From assembly GCA_050942765.1 (NCBI GenBank), contig JBMNNY010000002.1, positions 1-37,728 of the forward strand: a stretch of 37,728 nt of DNA, given 5' to 3'. Below the pieces are notes generated by a model, which did not search any database, had not been told where the DNA came from, and saw nothing but the letters and a program-made list of their open reading frames with translations. The translations under genes and the position numbers were made by a program. Of the stretch, positions 37,384 through 37,728 are shown piece by piece. Every line of letters starts with the position of its first letter. Within the stretch, counting starts at the first letter, position 1. This DNA is from Bacillota bacterium. Lineage in GTDB: Bacteria > Bacillota > UBA4882.

Positions 37384-37406
37384 AACCGCTTGGCACCCCC
37401 GGGGGG

Positions 37407-37728
37407 TTACCGGTCTTGCTCGGCCTCTTCTTCATTATCGATTTCAGCGCTGACTACTTCGGAGTCATTATCTTCAACGTTGGCTTCTTGGTTATTACCG
37501 CCTTCGGCTTCGGTTTCATCTGTGCGTTCTTCTTCTGAACAGTTTTCGGCTGCGCCGCTTTCCTCTGAACGATCATAGTCAACGATGTATTCTTCTGTAA
37601 TGAGATCATCCTTAGTTATGTTTTTCTGAAGGTGGTCTTCATCGGCATGGTCGTCTTCGACGCTTTCTTGAGTCTCTGTAGTGCTATCCTGGGCTTTTTC
37701 ATCTTTTGGCTCATTCAAGTTATCTGCT
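37407..37728 (-). CDS. Highly acidic, probably disordered C-terminus of a gene entering from outside the window
   Basis: Frame open to the window end; D/E-rich; followed by a hairpin. Confidence 0.65.
   Translation of the reverse strand, partial: ADNLNEPKDEKAQDSTTETQESVEDDHADEDHLQKNITKDDLITEEYIVDYDRSEESGAAENCSEEERTDETEAEGGNNQEANVEDNDSEVVSAEIDNEEEAEQDR

Overview
Chromosomal, mostly minus-strand segment (about 50% GC by eye) of an anaerobic, probably spore-forming and possibly diderm Firmicute. From left to right it holds: a polyamine operon (pdaD-speE-speB); a secreted protein of five Ig-like/FN3-like tandem module pairs; a three-gene cluster of degenerate enzymes (DUF374-like, GT9 N-terminal-like, Fe-ADH-like) flanked by GC-rich microsatellites; a beta-CASP nuclease; a degenerate GH36-like protein; TrmB, transglutaminase, SPOCS and OsmC genes; tRNA-Pro(CGG); ccdA; an orphan tupA behind a Moco/Tuco-class riboswitch carrying a large tandem-repeat insertion; a complete Na+-type A/V-ATPase operon (H-I-K-E-C-F-A-B-D); the sua5-ywlE-rpiB-upp-deaminase-tagO block; and an ABC-2 exporter. 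The A/V-ATPase sits where Firmicutes usually carry the F-type atp operon and is preceded by a relic of a membrane pyrophosphatase (hppA) cut off at a REP-like palindrome. Non-coding highlights are two near-identical 26-27 bp palindromes (GGGGACGGTTCT...AGAACCGTCCCC), ten correctly oriented sigma-H-like promoter motifs, and many short tandem-repeat expansions. No transposase, integrase, CRISPR array or rRNA was seen. All calls come from motif recognition by eye; no database was searched.
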